Of a DNA stretch of 64,000 bases, positions 13,051-26,585 are shown in pieces. The position numbers and the translations under genes are program-made. Within the stretch, counting starts at the first letter, position 1, and each line of letters begins with the position of its first letter. Source of the stretch: Chiloscyllium plagiosum (lineage: Eukaryota); assembly GCF_004010195.1 (NCBI RefSeq), contig NC_057718.1:16708192-16772191 (forward strand), written 5' to 3'. The notes below the pieces were generated by a model. That model was not told the DNA's origin. It saw only the letters and a list, made by a program, of their open reading frames with translations, and searched no databases.

Positions 13051-16000
13051 GTGTCCTCTTTAAGCATTATTTATATCAATTAATTTATAGCTGCCCTCCT
13101 TACCTAACTCCTGTCTCTCACCCAACTCCTAGCATCACACTCTGTGGATAAATGCAATTGATTTTAATGTAGTGAAAGGTGGAAGAGTGAGGAGACAAAT
13201 AAAGTGAAGATATATCATAGGGTAGAAGGAAAGATTGATTCAATAATAAAAGGTTTCACAATGCAAGGCTAAAGGAGTGGTAATGGACAAGTAAAGAAAC
13301 AACAGATGTGTCTAGAGAAATTACTGAACGACAGATCTATTCCTAATATTTTATGTCTTTGTATATAATTTCTAGCACCCATGGCACTGGGCTTTTATAA
13401 CCTTGATAAAAGGTTATTCCATACCTGCTCTGCTTTATACCTAACAATATATTTAAAAACCTCATAATCTTAACTCCCAATTTTAAATATGAGTCTAATC
13501 CTATTTATAACACATTCCTCAAATTCACGATTCAAGAAGTTATGAAGATGTCTCAATGATTTCCTTTATTCTGTGAATAAAACATTGTGGGATTTGCTTT
13601 TCAATGAACACAATGTATTTTCAGCCAAACAGATATTACCAAACAAAAGCTATACCCTAGGAACATTATTCCAGGTATAGACTGATTTATTTTGTTTTCA
13701 CAGTTTGTTTCTACATCTGCTGCCTCTTTTGGGTGGTCCCAGGAATACCCCTCTTTGGAAATCAGCTCCAAGCAGAAATGTTGATGTTACTTGTTCTATA
13801 TTTCTATAAATATGTGGTTAAATGGGCTTAAAATTATTTTCAAGATTACTTTTTCCAGCTTTGGGATAGTCCACATTAAAATCTGAATCTGTCAAATACT
13901 CTGCAAAATCCATAAAGATCCATTTAGCTTACAAGTCTCAGATGCATTTTCAGTCCAAATCGACTCCTACAGAGATCCTTATTTGGTACCTTAGAATAAA
14001 ATCCACATTCTCTCCAGTTATTTAGTTCCTTTTGTTCCATCTTTCTAATCAATTTATCCTTTTATTCTTGACAGCCACCAAAACCTGACAACTGTGAGGA
14101 CCTCTGCTTTTTAGTTCTGTCATTAGGCTGTTAGCCTCGTTTTCATTACCTAGTTTATTAAACTATGGTCTGTCCTGTTCTCGGGACAACTTTGTCTACT
14201 AGGACTAATACTGTGAAATCATTGCCCTTATTCACAACTGGAGTATCTTTCTCCATTACAGATCATTTTCTGACATGAGAGACATGTTTCAATCCATCAT
14301 CACTCCTTGCATTGTGCTTTCTTGCTGTCCACACTTTCACTGCATACTCGCAGACCATGAATCTCACTTCTTGGTCATGATCCTGAACACTGTATCAATA
14401 TTAATCTTGCCAGTATATATTCCAGCACAACCCACATTTGTGACATCCTTCCATCCACTGTTCGCAGTTAAATCCACAATTGCATGAAATTAAATGCAAT
14501 TTATTCTATTCAACTGTAGCACTTTTACACAATTCAGGTAAGGGTATTGGTTAATAGTGCCAAGGAAAGCTAATACTTTGCTGAAATCTAAATTGACATT
14601 TCAGATTCGGACATCTGACAAATGAAATTTGAGTCAGGATTTGTATTTTCCTAATGCAACTATTCTCTTCCTTATAGACATGCCTGTACCACTCTCCCTG
14701 TATTTCAAGTCCAGGTGGTGCTAAGGAGGCAAATCAGAAGAGCTGTAACCTTTGGAGATCCAAACAGCCTTGCATCCTCTTACCTTCAGCTGCTAAATGC
14801 CATGCAAACAGCTGAAATAATGTCACTTCATTTGTTCCTCTTTCTATTTTGTGCATGCTGACACTTGGCATTTAAATCATTATAATGCCTACAACAAAAA
14901 TACAAGCAGAAAGAAGGATATACAGAGATGAAGAAGGATTCGAGTTGGTCAAAGGGAAAACTCTTACTGATAAGGAATCTGATTTGACCACAAGCTAGTT
15001 TCAAGCATTGGCATTAGTTTCAAACTCAGCATTCTAGAAAAATTTGATTGTGGCAACTTTTTCATCCTTATTTTATATATACAAAACTTTGACTAATATT
15101 ATCGAAATAAAAGAGTTACATTTTCAGATACATAACTTTTCATTTTTCTCTAGTAATCTTCCATTATAGAGTGAAGCTTGAACAAGATTACTGTTTAGAC
15201 TTTCTGAAAATGTGAAAAGTGTTAACAATGCCTTTTTATTTACACATATGGATTTGTTAGCTTGTGACGTGTAAAAATCAGGTTTTAATTTTGCATTACG
15301 ACTTTTGCCTGCCTTTGCTCTCCCAAAATATTTTAAGAATGCTTCAATGACTTACACATTTATCCAATGATTAGCTAAGTCAAATTGATCCATAAATGGA
15401 CAACCAATTGAGTTAGTTTAGCTAATCCAGACTTGTACTATAATTGAACTCAGTGTTACTGAGCCAAGGAAGAGGAAGTAGTCCAGTTTAAAAAACAGGA
15501 AGAATTTAGGCAGTTAAGAAGTCACTGAAATAAAGATATATATCTGACATGAAATGTTAACTTTGTTTCTTTCTCCACAGATTCTGCCAAACCTGCTGAG
15601 TTTCTCTGGCACTTTCTGATTTTATTTCAAATCTCCAGCATCTGGTGTACTTTTCTTTAAAGCAACCATTTTATTATTTCCATCATTTGAAATGTTTTGC
15701 TTCGTATTAAATAGCTTTTAACATATTTCTTTTCATAGGCAGTGAAGCATTTCATATATTTTGATATATTTGATTGAAAAATAATGTTTTAGAAAACACT
15801 CAACCTCTTATTTAGTTCCCATGTTATTGTATTTTGCCCATTCATCCAAAGTCAGTCATCTTGACACTGGAATGAATTTCAGCATGATGACTGATAAGCC
15901 CAACTGGTCTGAATTGGCACCTGAGATGCTGAGGTCAACAGGTATGAGTTGGTAGTTGCATAGTGAGGCAATTGGGTCGCAACAAGCAGCAAGGATGGGA

Positions 16001-17800
16001 AGCAACTGATGGGACGATGTAGTTTGTATTTATAGACAGAGAATGTCCAAGGGACAGTAGCAAGGTTGATTAGGTTAAAATATTCGAATAAAATTTAACA
16101 AGAGAGTCTTGTAAAAAGAAGCTATTGACCAGTACTTATCTGTATTTGGGATCTGACAAAGAATACAAATTGAACCATGTGTACAAAAAGATTTCAGCAT
16201 TTTCTTTAATGCTTGAGATGTGACAAATCTATCAAAAGCTCTTTTAACACCAAACATACAAATTTAATTTTCTAAACAAAAAATGCAAGCTGGCCTTAAT
16301 AAAGTAAGATAGGAAAAGGAAATACATGAGATGTGGTGAACATAGAATTCCAAAATGTATCCACTATAACCATGGCAAAGACAATGGTGCATGAAGGACC
16401 CTTAAAGAACAGAGACCACAGATAAATGTAAAAGGAAATTTCTTAGGTCCTTCATTCTATTGAGTGATGATCTGCAGTGGGGCCTAATGTGGCTGTTTAT
16501 ATTTAATAGAAATATTTAACTGATCTGGAATTAGGAACTGAGAAATATCATTAATATTAATGTCAACTTTGTAAAATTGTTATGAAGATCACAAAAGATT
16601 AGAGAATATATAGATTTCCAGTATGGACTGACACTATTCAGTGTAGGAAAACATAAATTATAAAACGTAAAGCAAGAATAGGGAAGAAAATGCTTAAAAT
16701 GGTAAGCTTTTAGAGGAACAACGGGGCCTTGGACTGCAAGTACCCAGATAATTAAAAGATGTAATGACTTTGATGGGACAAGTACACACAAAATCAAGTC
16801 TCATTACTCCATAAGCTGTACCAAAAGTGACCAAAATAGTACATTTGTTTTGCATTATTACTGCTATTTTGAACAAAAGAAGCTCTCACTATGTCTCTTC
16901 AATAAACTCAAAAATAACATGTTTATTAAAAACAAAGTTATCCTTTAAACAAGTGGCAAAATACATCATTAATTGAGATGGTATGCAAACCTAAACTATT
17001 CCCCCCTTAATCCTAACACATGCAAAATCATATAGGACAAGATACTCATCTTAGTATAGGAAGGATTCAAAAACAGAGGAAAAGATGGGAGACACACTGG
17101 AATGTTACTAGGGATCAGGTATGAAATGGAAATGTGAGAAGAAATGGCCTTTTCCAATAGATTGAAGAAAGTTAAGGAATAAGTTGATAGATGTTTTTAA
17201 GATTGTAAAGGGTTAATAAGCAGTATGGAGGTAAGAAAACCATTTTCATACATGGCAAATGCTTGTAATGTGCATTCGCTGCCACTAACCACTGTTAGTT
17301 AAAATCTGTAAATTTTATTTCAAAGATGAATTAAATAGTTGCTTGAATGAGAGAAATACTAAAGAATACAAAGAACTGGCAGGAATAGATTAAGTGATTC
17401 ATATTGTGACAAATACTGCTGTGGACCTGCGATGCCAAATGGCTTATCTCCGTGTTATAATATTCTATGATTCCATGAAGAAGTAGGGCACCAGAACTAA
17501 ATGAAGTTATATTTGTTAATGTTTTGATGAGGTATAATATACCAATCCATTATTTCCTTAAATTGTGTATTAAACATTATGCAGGATATTTGAAAATACC
17601 ATTATAGTGTAGGTTTATTATGCTGATTTCATGAGACTTCACTTTCTCTGGGTATAAATTGGTGTCAGTAATCATTAATAAAGATTGTATGAAAATACAA
17701 GTAACTACTGAGAAGGGGTGGGCAGATTGGGAATGCATCTTAAAATCTTGTAAATACATTTAAAACTTTACCATTCAGCTCATTAAGCAATGTAAAAGAA

Positions 17801-18004
17801 AATATATGTAAGAGAATACGTAGGTATGACCATAAGGAATCAATTACAAAGCATTTGTGTTTTATAGATTAGAACTGTTCTTATACTAGAGTAAGGGCAA
17901 TTAGTAACTTCCATCTAAATGTTATTATTTCATTGTCAAAGTGATATCCTGTTTAAAATGTTTCATCCAGCCTTAATGAGCTGTTTACTATGAAATCAGT
18001 TCAA
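17801..18004 (+). repeat. 204-bp direct repeat, copy 1
   Basis: Matches 19051-19254 at an offset of 1250 nt, with 6 substitutions counted by eye. Confidence 0.95.
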
Positions 18005-19050
18005 ATATTTTTCTATTTAATAAGCCTTTCAAAAACTATTTTAAATTTTTTTTCTAAGTTTATATTCATTTGTTCAATGTTAATCTCTCAATGATAACCT
18101 TTTTCCTGTTACTCAGTTTTCATGTTCTGTTTCTTTTCATTCTTGCTAGTTTATCAATTTTCCAATATTTGCATTTTATCAGCTCTGTTTACCGTGGCTG
18201 ACTCTGCTAATTTTCTCATTTTCATTCACTTCAAAACATTTTTAATCTTTTTTTCTCTATGCTTCCTTTTAACCTCCCCTTGTCTGCATTTACTCTTCTA
18301 TCTTTGTTGCTGGTTTACTTTTAGTCCAGGTTGCAACTCCCAGTGCTGCCAGCTGAAGGGAGATCAGAGATGAAGTACACATGTTAGGTAGGAGGCTGAA
18401 ATTTCTGGTCATTAAAAAGGATTCCCTGAAGAAGCTGTGTCATAAATAGGTTCTGAGATTAGTTTCTTTAAGGTAAAATAATCAATCAGAAAATCCAACA
18501 TACTTAATATGCTCTCTCAAAATCTAAGTAGGTCAATTAGTGTACCGGAGTGGATAGAATGCACATTTTGGATTACATTTAATATACCAATATAATTGCA
18601 GTGTACAGAAACGTGCATTTTCATAAGTTATTAGAAAAATATCTTTTCACAGAAATATACAAGGATCTCAAGTTGAGGCTAACCTTAGGAGTCAATTGAC
18701 TCCATTATGTTTCTGTCTTTTTCAAATGTAAAACATCACCGAAGCCAGATTTAGATCCGTTTTATGCCTATAGCATTTGAATTATAACTACTGTAGACTA
18801 TTATTTTCCAAAGACAGCTGAATGCAGTCTCAAAAGCTGCCAGCCAAGAAGCCACATACATATCTTAAGTCTGTTGAAGGCCATATGGTATCCTTTTGCT
18901 TGAAACTAGAAAGTAAATGCAACTTCAGAAACAGCATGACAAGATGATCCTATCACAGAGCATTTGGGTCATCAAATTGCACATTAACTGAAACATAAAA
19001 CTGAATTAATCAACTGAAGAGCCATTATGGTCCAGAAGAACAAGTGTTTG

Positions 19051-19254
19051 AATATATGTAAGAGAATACATAGGTATGACCATAAGGAATCAATTACAAA
19101 GCATTTGTGTTTTATAGATTAGAACTGTTCTTATACTAGAGTAAGGGCAATTAGTAACTTCCATCTAAATGTTACTATTTCATTGTCAAAGTGATATCCT
19201 ATTTAATATGTTTCATCCAGCCTTAATGAGCTGTTTACAATGAAACCAGTTCAA
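19051..19254 (+). repeat. 204-bp direct repeat, copy 2
   Basis: Matches 17801-18004. Confidence 0.95.
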
Positions 19255-19970
19255 GATACCATATTTGCATCAAAATCAGCAAAAATGATAGGAGAGCAAG
19301 ACTTTTACTAAGCAAATATTCAATACTGAGGCAAGAGCAAAACCCTACACAAACTCTGCTGAAAACCTTAAATAAAGAACAATATTCTGGAAATATTCAG
19401 TAGGTCAGGCAGCATCAGCAGAGAGAAACAGATTCAAAAGTCCAGATCTTCATAGTTTAATCTGACTTGAGACAAAAATGATAGGGCTTTGAAAATGCCA
19501 GCAAGAACAGATTCTGGGATTTGTACTGCCATTCCAATTTCTAGCAATTATTACTGTTTTTTTAAAGAAATAGTGAGCATAAGGACAGCACTTCTGTCCT
19601 TGTCAGCTACATTGTAGAATTGGGCATTTCATTTGAACAAGGATTAATAGAATGACTCCATCATTCAATATGATCATGGTTGAATTCATTTTAACTTCAA
19701 CTCTGCATTCCTGCATATCATGAATCATCTTCCATTCTCTTGGTAATCAAGCATCTATTTATCTTTGCCTTAAAATATTTAAAGATTCTGCATCCATTGT
19801 CTTTTGAGGAATGATAGAGTGATCAATGAGCTTGCATTTTAAATTACTAGCTGTAAAACATAATCTAACAACAGTGACCTTAGAATGGCCTCATTGTAAT
19901 CCACACTAATGAAGTTCTGAGGGGCTGGCTACATATAGAAATAATTCAACTGCCAACCATTCATTTGGGT

Positions 19971-20086
19971 TCTGGATGTAAGTTTGCTCACTGAGCTGGA
20001 AAGTTCCGCTTCATGAAAATGAACCCTCCAGCTCAGCAAGCAAATTTACATCCAGAACCTCAACCTGAGCTAAAAATCTTCTCAAA
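19971..20086. mobile_element. Penelope-derived fold-back mini-element with 12-bp target-site duplication
   Basis: Inverted arms ggttctggatgtaagtttgctcactgagctgga / tccagctcagcaagcaaatttacatccagaacc; flanking direct repeat attcatttgggt at 19959-19970 and 20087-20098; similar to the PLE termini at 50515-50705 and 54180-54229. Confidence 0.75.
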
Positions 20087-21584
20087 ATTCATTTGGGTCT
20101 TGATGTTATTGTGGTGTAAAATTAGACTGAAATTTGAAGCCACCAGGAAATGGCTTATATTTGCATTTCTCTGTGCTACAAACAGGACAATGTCAAGTGG
20201 TCAATAGTAGACAGGAAAAGGAGTATTATTTGACTCCATTCTCCGACACACTTTTTGGAATTGAGAATCCTCTTATAAACCTTGCTACAGTATTGTGGAA
20301 AGTTGTTTGTAGAAGATAGGCAAACATTTAAAAGAAAAGACTACACTGATTTACTTCATATATTCACATGCCATAAATTGACCATTAAAGTGCTTGTGTT
20401 GCCACTATGTTGGATTGTGGGGAAGGGGATTGGTGGGTGGTGAAAAGAGAATTTGGAACTTCAGGTAGGTTGCTGCATTTACTTTCTAGCTGGATCTACA
20501 GCATAACTGAATCAGGCTTAACAGCACAATATTGCACAGCACCATAATTGTGTAGCACTGCTTCCAAAAGGCCGCTCTACAGTTCAAATTATATAATATA
20601 GTCACAAATTTATTTCTTGGATACCATATAAAACGAGAGAGTTGAGATAACTAGAGAATGAAGACGATCACTAACAGTGGGCATTCCAAGTACTGACTGT
20701 ACTAATTAGACACGGCAAATCCTTTCCCTGCTGCTACTGCAAAAATCATCCTATCAATAGATAACTGAACATCTACCTCAGATAATGTCATTGGCCTCTA
20801 TACAACATTGCCCAGAACAGATGGTCAGGCTGCTGATACACATAAATGGTGCATATATAAAAATCAGAGAAAGAGGCAGAATCTTGCTTCCTTCCTCCAT
20901 GGAGGGTTTGGCCCTGGTCTAGAGTAGCATTTAATCAAGTGGGAGGGTGGCAGGGTGTTAAATGGGGGCTGAGTTGGTGGTGCTCTTAACAGCTCTGCTT
21001 ATTGACAAAATTATACATTTTGGCAAGGAGAGAACTTAATACCTGGTCAATGGTTGTTTTAAAAAAATGTTTTGCCATTTCACTTACCATCCATACATGG
21101 GGAACTGTTTTCAGTATCTCTAGACTTGATTATTCCAATGTATATCTGGGAGGTCTCCTATATTCTATCTTTTAGAAATTCAAGGTCATCCAAAACTCTG
21201 CTGCTGTGCCACAATTCACACCATTCACCTCTAATCCTACGCCAACTGACCTATGTTGGTTTCTGATCAATGCTCGAAATATAGAGGGGCCAGGGTGAAT
21301 TCACCACCCAAATTCCTCAAATTGTACAGCAAATTCTCCAACAGGGGTAACCAGGGGAAAAGTGCAATAAATAGAATGAAAGGAAATGGTGAGAAACTAC
21401 TCTTCCAATCACAGTTAGGTTCCGTCCTGCACTTGCTGCGAATAGGCTGAACCTATCATCAATAAATATCGGAAAAAAGTATCCTGTGAAACAAAAAAAG
21501 TACTGTGAGAGTCGCTGGGGCTGCCATTACTGGTGCTAAGGTTCAGGGCTGACTTGAGCCAATGCTGGGCATTTAGTGGGATTG

Positions 21585-21905
21585 TAGAAGGGGGAAGGGA
21601 GGAGAAAGCTGCAAAAGAATTGTGGGGTGAGAAGGAGGCTGCAAGATGGTTTTAGAGGGGGAGAAGGAAGTTGTGAAGGCTATGGGAGGAAGAACAGATT
21701 ACAAGATTTTTTGCAGAGGAAGGGGAGAAGGAGGTTGCAAAAGGGTCGTGAGGAGAGAAGGGGCAAGCTACAAGATGGTTATTGTGTGAGAAATAGGCTG
21801 CAAGGGGTATCGGGAGAAAACTGCAAGACGGATTTGAAATAGGAGGAGGCTGCTGGAGTGGGGTGGGATGAGCAGGGTAGGGGGGAAATAGAGAAGGCTG
21901 CAATG
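21585..21905 (+). repeat. Degenerate purine-rich minisatellite (unit about 25-35 nt, core gagaaggaggctgcaa)
   Basis: About ten diverged recurrences of gagaa(g)gaggctgcaa(g). Confidence 0.6.
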
Positions 21906-22099
21906 GAGAGGTTACAATTTTAAACCTGTCAACAAAAAAAATGCTTACTTAACTGGGATCCAATAAACTTTAACAATAAATTTAAGGTTATGAATTCCTT
22001 ATAAATAAATGTGGAATCGCTAATTTAAAACTGTGGCGGCTTAGGAGCTATGGCATTTTAAAAGAATTGTCGATCTTATTGTATGCAACTTTAAATGCT

Positions 22100-22462
22100 A
22101 ACTTTAAATCAAAGATTGAGATCTGAGACACAGTAAAAAGGTGCTAACTGTCTGGTAAAAATTTTCCTGCCTTTGTGAACATGCAACAGAATTAGTTGTG
22201 ACTCAGCAGTCTGTGGAAGGTGGGTTAAGTATGATAGTTCTTTTGTATGCAGATGTGTGTGTCAGTCATTTAGAGAAAAAATTGTTAACATGTACTTGTT
22301 GTCTTCTTTAAATATTATGGTATCAAGGAAAGTAGTGCTTCCAGTGTGCTTTGTGGTTTTAAATTTAATGGAAAGTTGATTATTACTAATAATGTTGACA
22401 AATTCTTCCAATTCTGTTTCTTTGTAAGTCCACGTATTCCACATGTTGTTACATAATTGCAT
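22100..22462 (-). mobile_element. Ancient Penelope-like reverse transcriptase relic
   Basis: ORF 22262-22462(-) WTYKETELEEFVNIISNNQLSIKFKTT...TFLDTIIFK matches the PLE RT segment after the YxDD motif (W...L..F...N..HP.IKF...FLD); frameshifted continuation DTH...YH...TFHRLL.SQLI. Confidence 0.65.
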
Positions 22463-24549
22463 CAGTGAATAAATGAGTTAATGAGAACAAAAAAGTAGCC
22501 GCTGAAAATCAAAAACGTTGTGCTTTAGAAGATCATTTAGAAGAATGATTTTTGAATTCTGTTCTCAGAAAAACAATTCTTTCATTTTAAAATCCTCACC
22601 TCTTGTTTTCAGATAGCTCTATTACGTTGCCCTTAAGCCTACCTTAACTTTGACTGGTCCAGCCCCATGACACTCTGATGTTTGTGTTCATCTAATTCTG
22701 GTCTGTTCAGTGTGTCTGATTTTATTCATTTTGCCTTCAGTTGGCTAGGCTGCTAAGCTCTGGAATTCCCTCCCTTAACCTTTCTGTCTCTCTTCAAGTG
22801 TTTCTCCTTTAACACACTCCTTGAAACCTACCTCTTCATTGATCTAACATCCATTTACATTGTTTTATCCTGTGAGGCATCAAGGAACCTCTTATTACGT
22901 TAAAGCACTATACACATATGAATTGTTGTTAGATTAACATCATTATATGAGGTAAAGAAAGAAATAAGTCTACTTTACATGTAGACTTCAATAAAAACCC
23001 TTCAATAAATTTTCATAAGCAAGTTTGCTACAGAAGTGGGTTCTCTTATAGGCAGAGTATGGGTTGAAATTGTGCTCTGGGATACCAATGTACAAATGAA
23101 ATTCCATCCTGCATTATTTTAATATTGTTTTTTACACATTTAAATCAAATGGCTTAACACATCTCAAAGTGCAGAGTTGAGTATTTCAGACAAATCTGGT
23201 ATGCAACTGTAAGCTGGGTGTAATTTCCTGGGCCTTGAAATAAAAATCAGACTTCACAAAATATTCTATTAATTTCAGAAAGATTCATAAACTTCCTTTT
23301 ATTATAAAAGGTATTTAATTGGAAATATTTGAACACAGAAAATCTATGTTGCAAAACCTGTCGAAATAGTGTTGGTGGCCATAATTATCTGGGCATCAGC
23401 ATTAACAAAAATCCTTGATCTAACAGCTGTACTTAATCTTTTTTAAATGAACTCCACAGCAGAATTTGTCAAACCACTGGAGTAGCATTGCTGTAAAAAC
23501 AAAATTGGCACAGCATCAGAATTCATTTTAAACAAATAAAATTTAATAGGTTCAAGACCCTGAATATTGCTGCGGCTCTGATTTATACTGGTTCACAGAT
23601 ACCATTCATGATTGCGTATTTTATGTTCGATGTTACACTGTTCCTCAATGCTACAGACTACTCCCATTTCCTTCAAATTCAATTTTTTTAAACCCATCCA
23701 ATATTTGGGCAATGATAGCAAAAACAGAGATCCAACAAATAATGGTTGCCAATATAATGCAGTTTATTGGAATGTATCTTGGTGTCACATAATTTTCCTC
23801 AACTTTGATGAATAGACACAAGATATGAGTCACTTCAATTACAAACCAATAACAAGTTGCATAATAAAAATGTCCCAGGGAACTGGAGAGGAGTCTTATT
23901 AAAAAGAAATCTTGGGCTTTATTTTGTATAGACGGAAGGAAGGTAAATTTTACAGGAAGAAATTGCCAGTGCTTCACCGGCTCATCCTATAACTGTACAG
24001 CAGCTGTTAATACCTTTAATTGGATGAGGTGGGACTTCTTTTCCTATCATGAACAAGTTGTATCTCTAAGACAATCAAATCACCAACACCTCTTCTATTC
24101 CACCAGATCCGCTGGAAACAATGAGCGTTGCTTGGACTAAATGGATTCTTGTGAAGATGAGAAGCCAGGGACAAAGTAAGTCTGGACAGAGCAGACTAAT
24201 AGGCTCTGGCTAGAATGTGGTTGTTGGGGTAGACAGGACAGGTGGAGTAGAAAATGTGAGGACAGGTGGGGGAGGATTTTGTGTAGAGTCTGTATATGTA
24301 CAGAGTAGCCAAATATGAGCAAACTCTCCACCAGCTTTAATAAGGCAGCCTGGGCACATTCAGTGGTCTTCCACACTATGGAAAACATAGCAATGGCCAT
24401 TAATTAGCTATATAAGATCTCAATTGTTCCCCACCTGATCTGGATAAAATATATGTGGGGGCAGACGAGGATGGACCTGGTGCAAATGTCTTGCAGCACA
24501 AATTTTACACCTCTCAATCCCACACTTTGGGAGGCTGTAAAATTCAGCC

Positions 24550-26030
24550 TTTTGACACAGAATTACATAAGGAACAGATCACCATAAGTTCAGAACAAAG
24601 CTAGGTTTTAAAGGCACCATAAAGGGATGAGGGAGATAAAGTGGCCCTGGAAGGAAATTCCAGAATAGGGGTCAAGATAGTAATGGAACAATCAAAATGG
24701 AGGCTGGACAGGAGGCCAGAATTAGAGGAAAGTGAGATGTCAGTGGGAAGTTTTAAATGCAGAGCAAGGCAAAGAAGAGAGTTGTAGCAGCGAGTGAGCA
24801 GGACAAAGTGGAAGTGAAAGTGACAATCTTGACGGTGGAGTAGCTAAACAGCAAATAGGACAGTAAGGGTGCCAATAGTCTGGTTCATTCACAAAATTCT
24901 CCTCAATTATGGTGGTTCAGCAACCCAGAAGGAGAACAGAATCAGTAGCTAAATGAAGCTTGTGGCCAGGACTGCAGACAACGACTTTTGTGTTTTCAAT
25001 ACTTTAGTTGGAGAAACCTTTTCCTCATCCAAGACAAGGTGTCAGATAAGCAGCATTTCAACTTAGGGACAACGGAGGGATCAAGGTAGTTAGTGACATG
25101 ATGGAGCTTGATGTTCTCAGTGCACACGTGAAACCTGAAGTTGTAGTTTTGGATGATGTTTCCAAATGCAAGCATGTAAGGAGAACTGGGATGGCCACAG
25201 GTTAGATTTTTAGAGGCCCCAAAGGCAATGGCACAGGATTGGAAAGAAATTTGATATTAGTTTCCCTCCAGCTGAGTTGCTGATTTATTTTCAGATTTCT
25301 AGCATCTGCAAAATCTGCCTTCATATTCACATGATGTTGTACGTTATTCTCTGTCACAACTGGATAGACAATGATGAAACTAGGCTAAGACAGTCGCATC
25401 CAGTTTGACAACAGAGGAGAAGTACTGGGAAATGATGGTGTGGTCAGCATTGTCAACAAATGCAGGCACGTCATGAAGGATGAAGAGGATAGTTCTCTAC
25501 GGTCACAGCAGCATAAACGTCACTTTTGACTTGATTAAGAACAGTCTCAATGCTGTGGAGATGACAGAAATCTGACTGCAGGGATTCAAATAAAACTTAT
25601 AGGAGAGATGGACAGGAATTAGGAGGCAAGATTGCATTCAAGGACCTTGGATGGGAAATGGAGGTTGGAGATGGTGTGGTTGTTTACAAGGATGATCGTG
25701 TCACTGGTGGATTCTTAGGAGAGCAGGGTGATGAATGGAGGCAGACTGCACCCAAGGAGAGCAAGCCATTTGAAGTATCAGCAAAAAAAAGTTAAGGAGT
25801 TTAGGTGGTGTGGGGTTAAAGAAGCAGGAGACAAACCTCATACAAAGTGAGCTTTGATCTGGATGAGGGGAGATGAGAGAGAAACTACAGAAAAAAAGCC
25901 AAGTTTAGGACCAGCTCAAGGGGAATCTTAAAGAAGGAATGACCTGGTGGGCTCCAGACAAGGGAGGAAAATAGCACAATTTGAGATGGGGATCTGTGAG
26001 CTCCTCATACTTTTTCCAGAGTTCAGGAAA
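24550..26030 (-). mobile_element. Degenerate L2-clade LINE (RT region)
   Basis: Minus strand near 25500-25585 reads SLQSDFCHLHSIETVLNQVKSD, like the L2 motif LQSGFR..HSTETAL.KV.ND; purine-rich plus strand. Confidence 0.7.
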
Positions 26031-26169
26031 TAGTTGGCATACAGTGAAAAAAAAATAAAAGTTTTATTTCAGAAAATAATTCTAAAATAATAAGCAGTTT
26101 TAGCACAGGCATGTAGAACCTGACACTGCTTTATATGGTTTGTCCAAATTTAATGATTAATAGTTAAAA

Positions 26170-26585
26170 AAGTTGATTGAAGCAGGAGTAGACATTTGCC
26201 TTATTAAGTCTGCTCTACCATTCAATAGAATTATGATTGATTAAGTTGGTCACTTTCCTACCTGTCCTCGACTACCCTATACTCCCTTGTTGAACAATAA
26301 TCTGTCTAACTCAGCTTTGAATAAATTCAATGGCCCAGCCTCCACTGCTTTTCCAAAGTGAAAACAGCCTTTGGAGAAAATAACTTTTTTCTTAGCACCA
26401 CCTTAAATGGGACATCAATTATTTTTAAATTGTGCTCCTGAGTTCAGCATTCCCCTATAAGGGGAAAGCCCTATTTGTAGTTACCCTGTCAAGCTCACTT
26501 AGAATTTTGTATATTTAAACAGAATAATCTCTAATTTTTCTAGGCTCCAATGAGTAGCGATCCAAACTACTTTCCTTATGAGAAA
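26170..26585 (-). mobile_element. Old CR1 3' end
   Basis: Reverse complement of the CR1 3' UTR and ORF2 end; similar to 30348-31050. Confidence 0.6.

Noticed and set aside
21585..21905. CRISPR-like repeat-spacer array
   Set aside because: Vertebrate context, repeats are highly degenerate with irregular period, and there are no cas genes; it is a decayed minisatellite.
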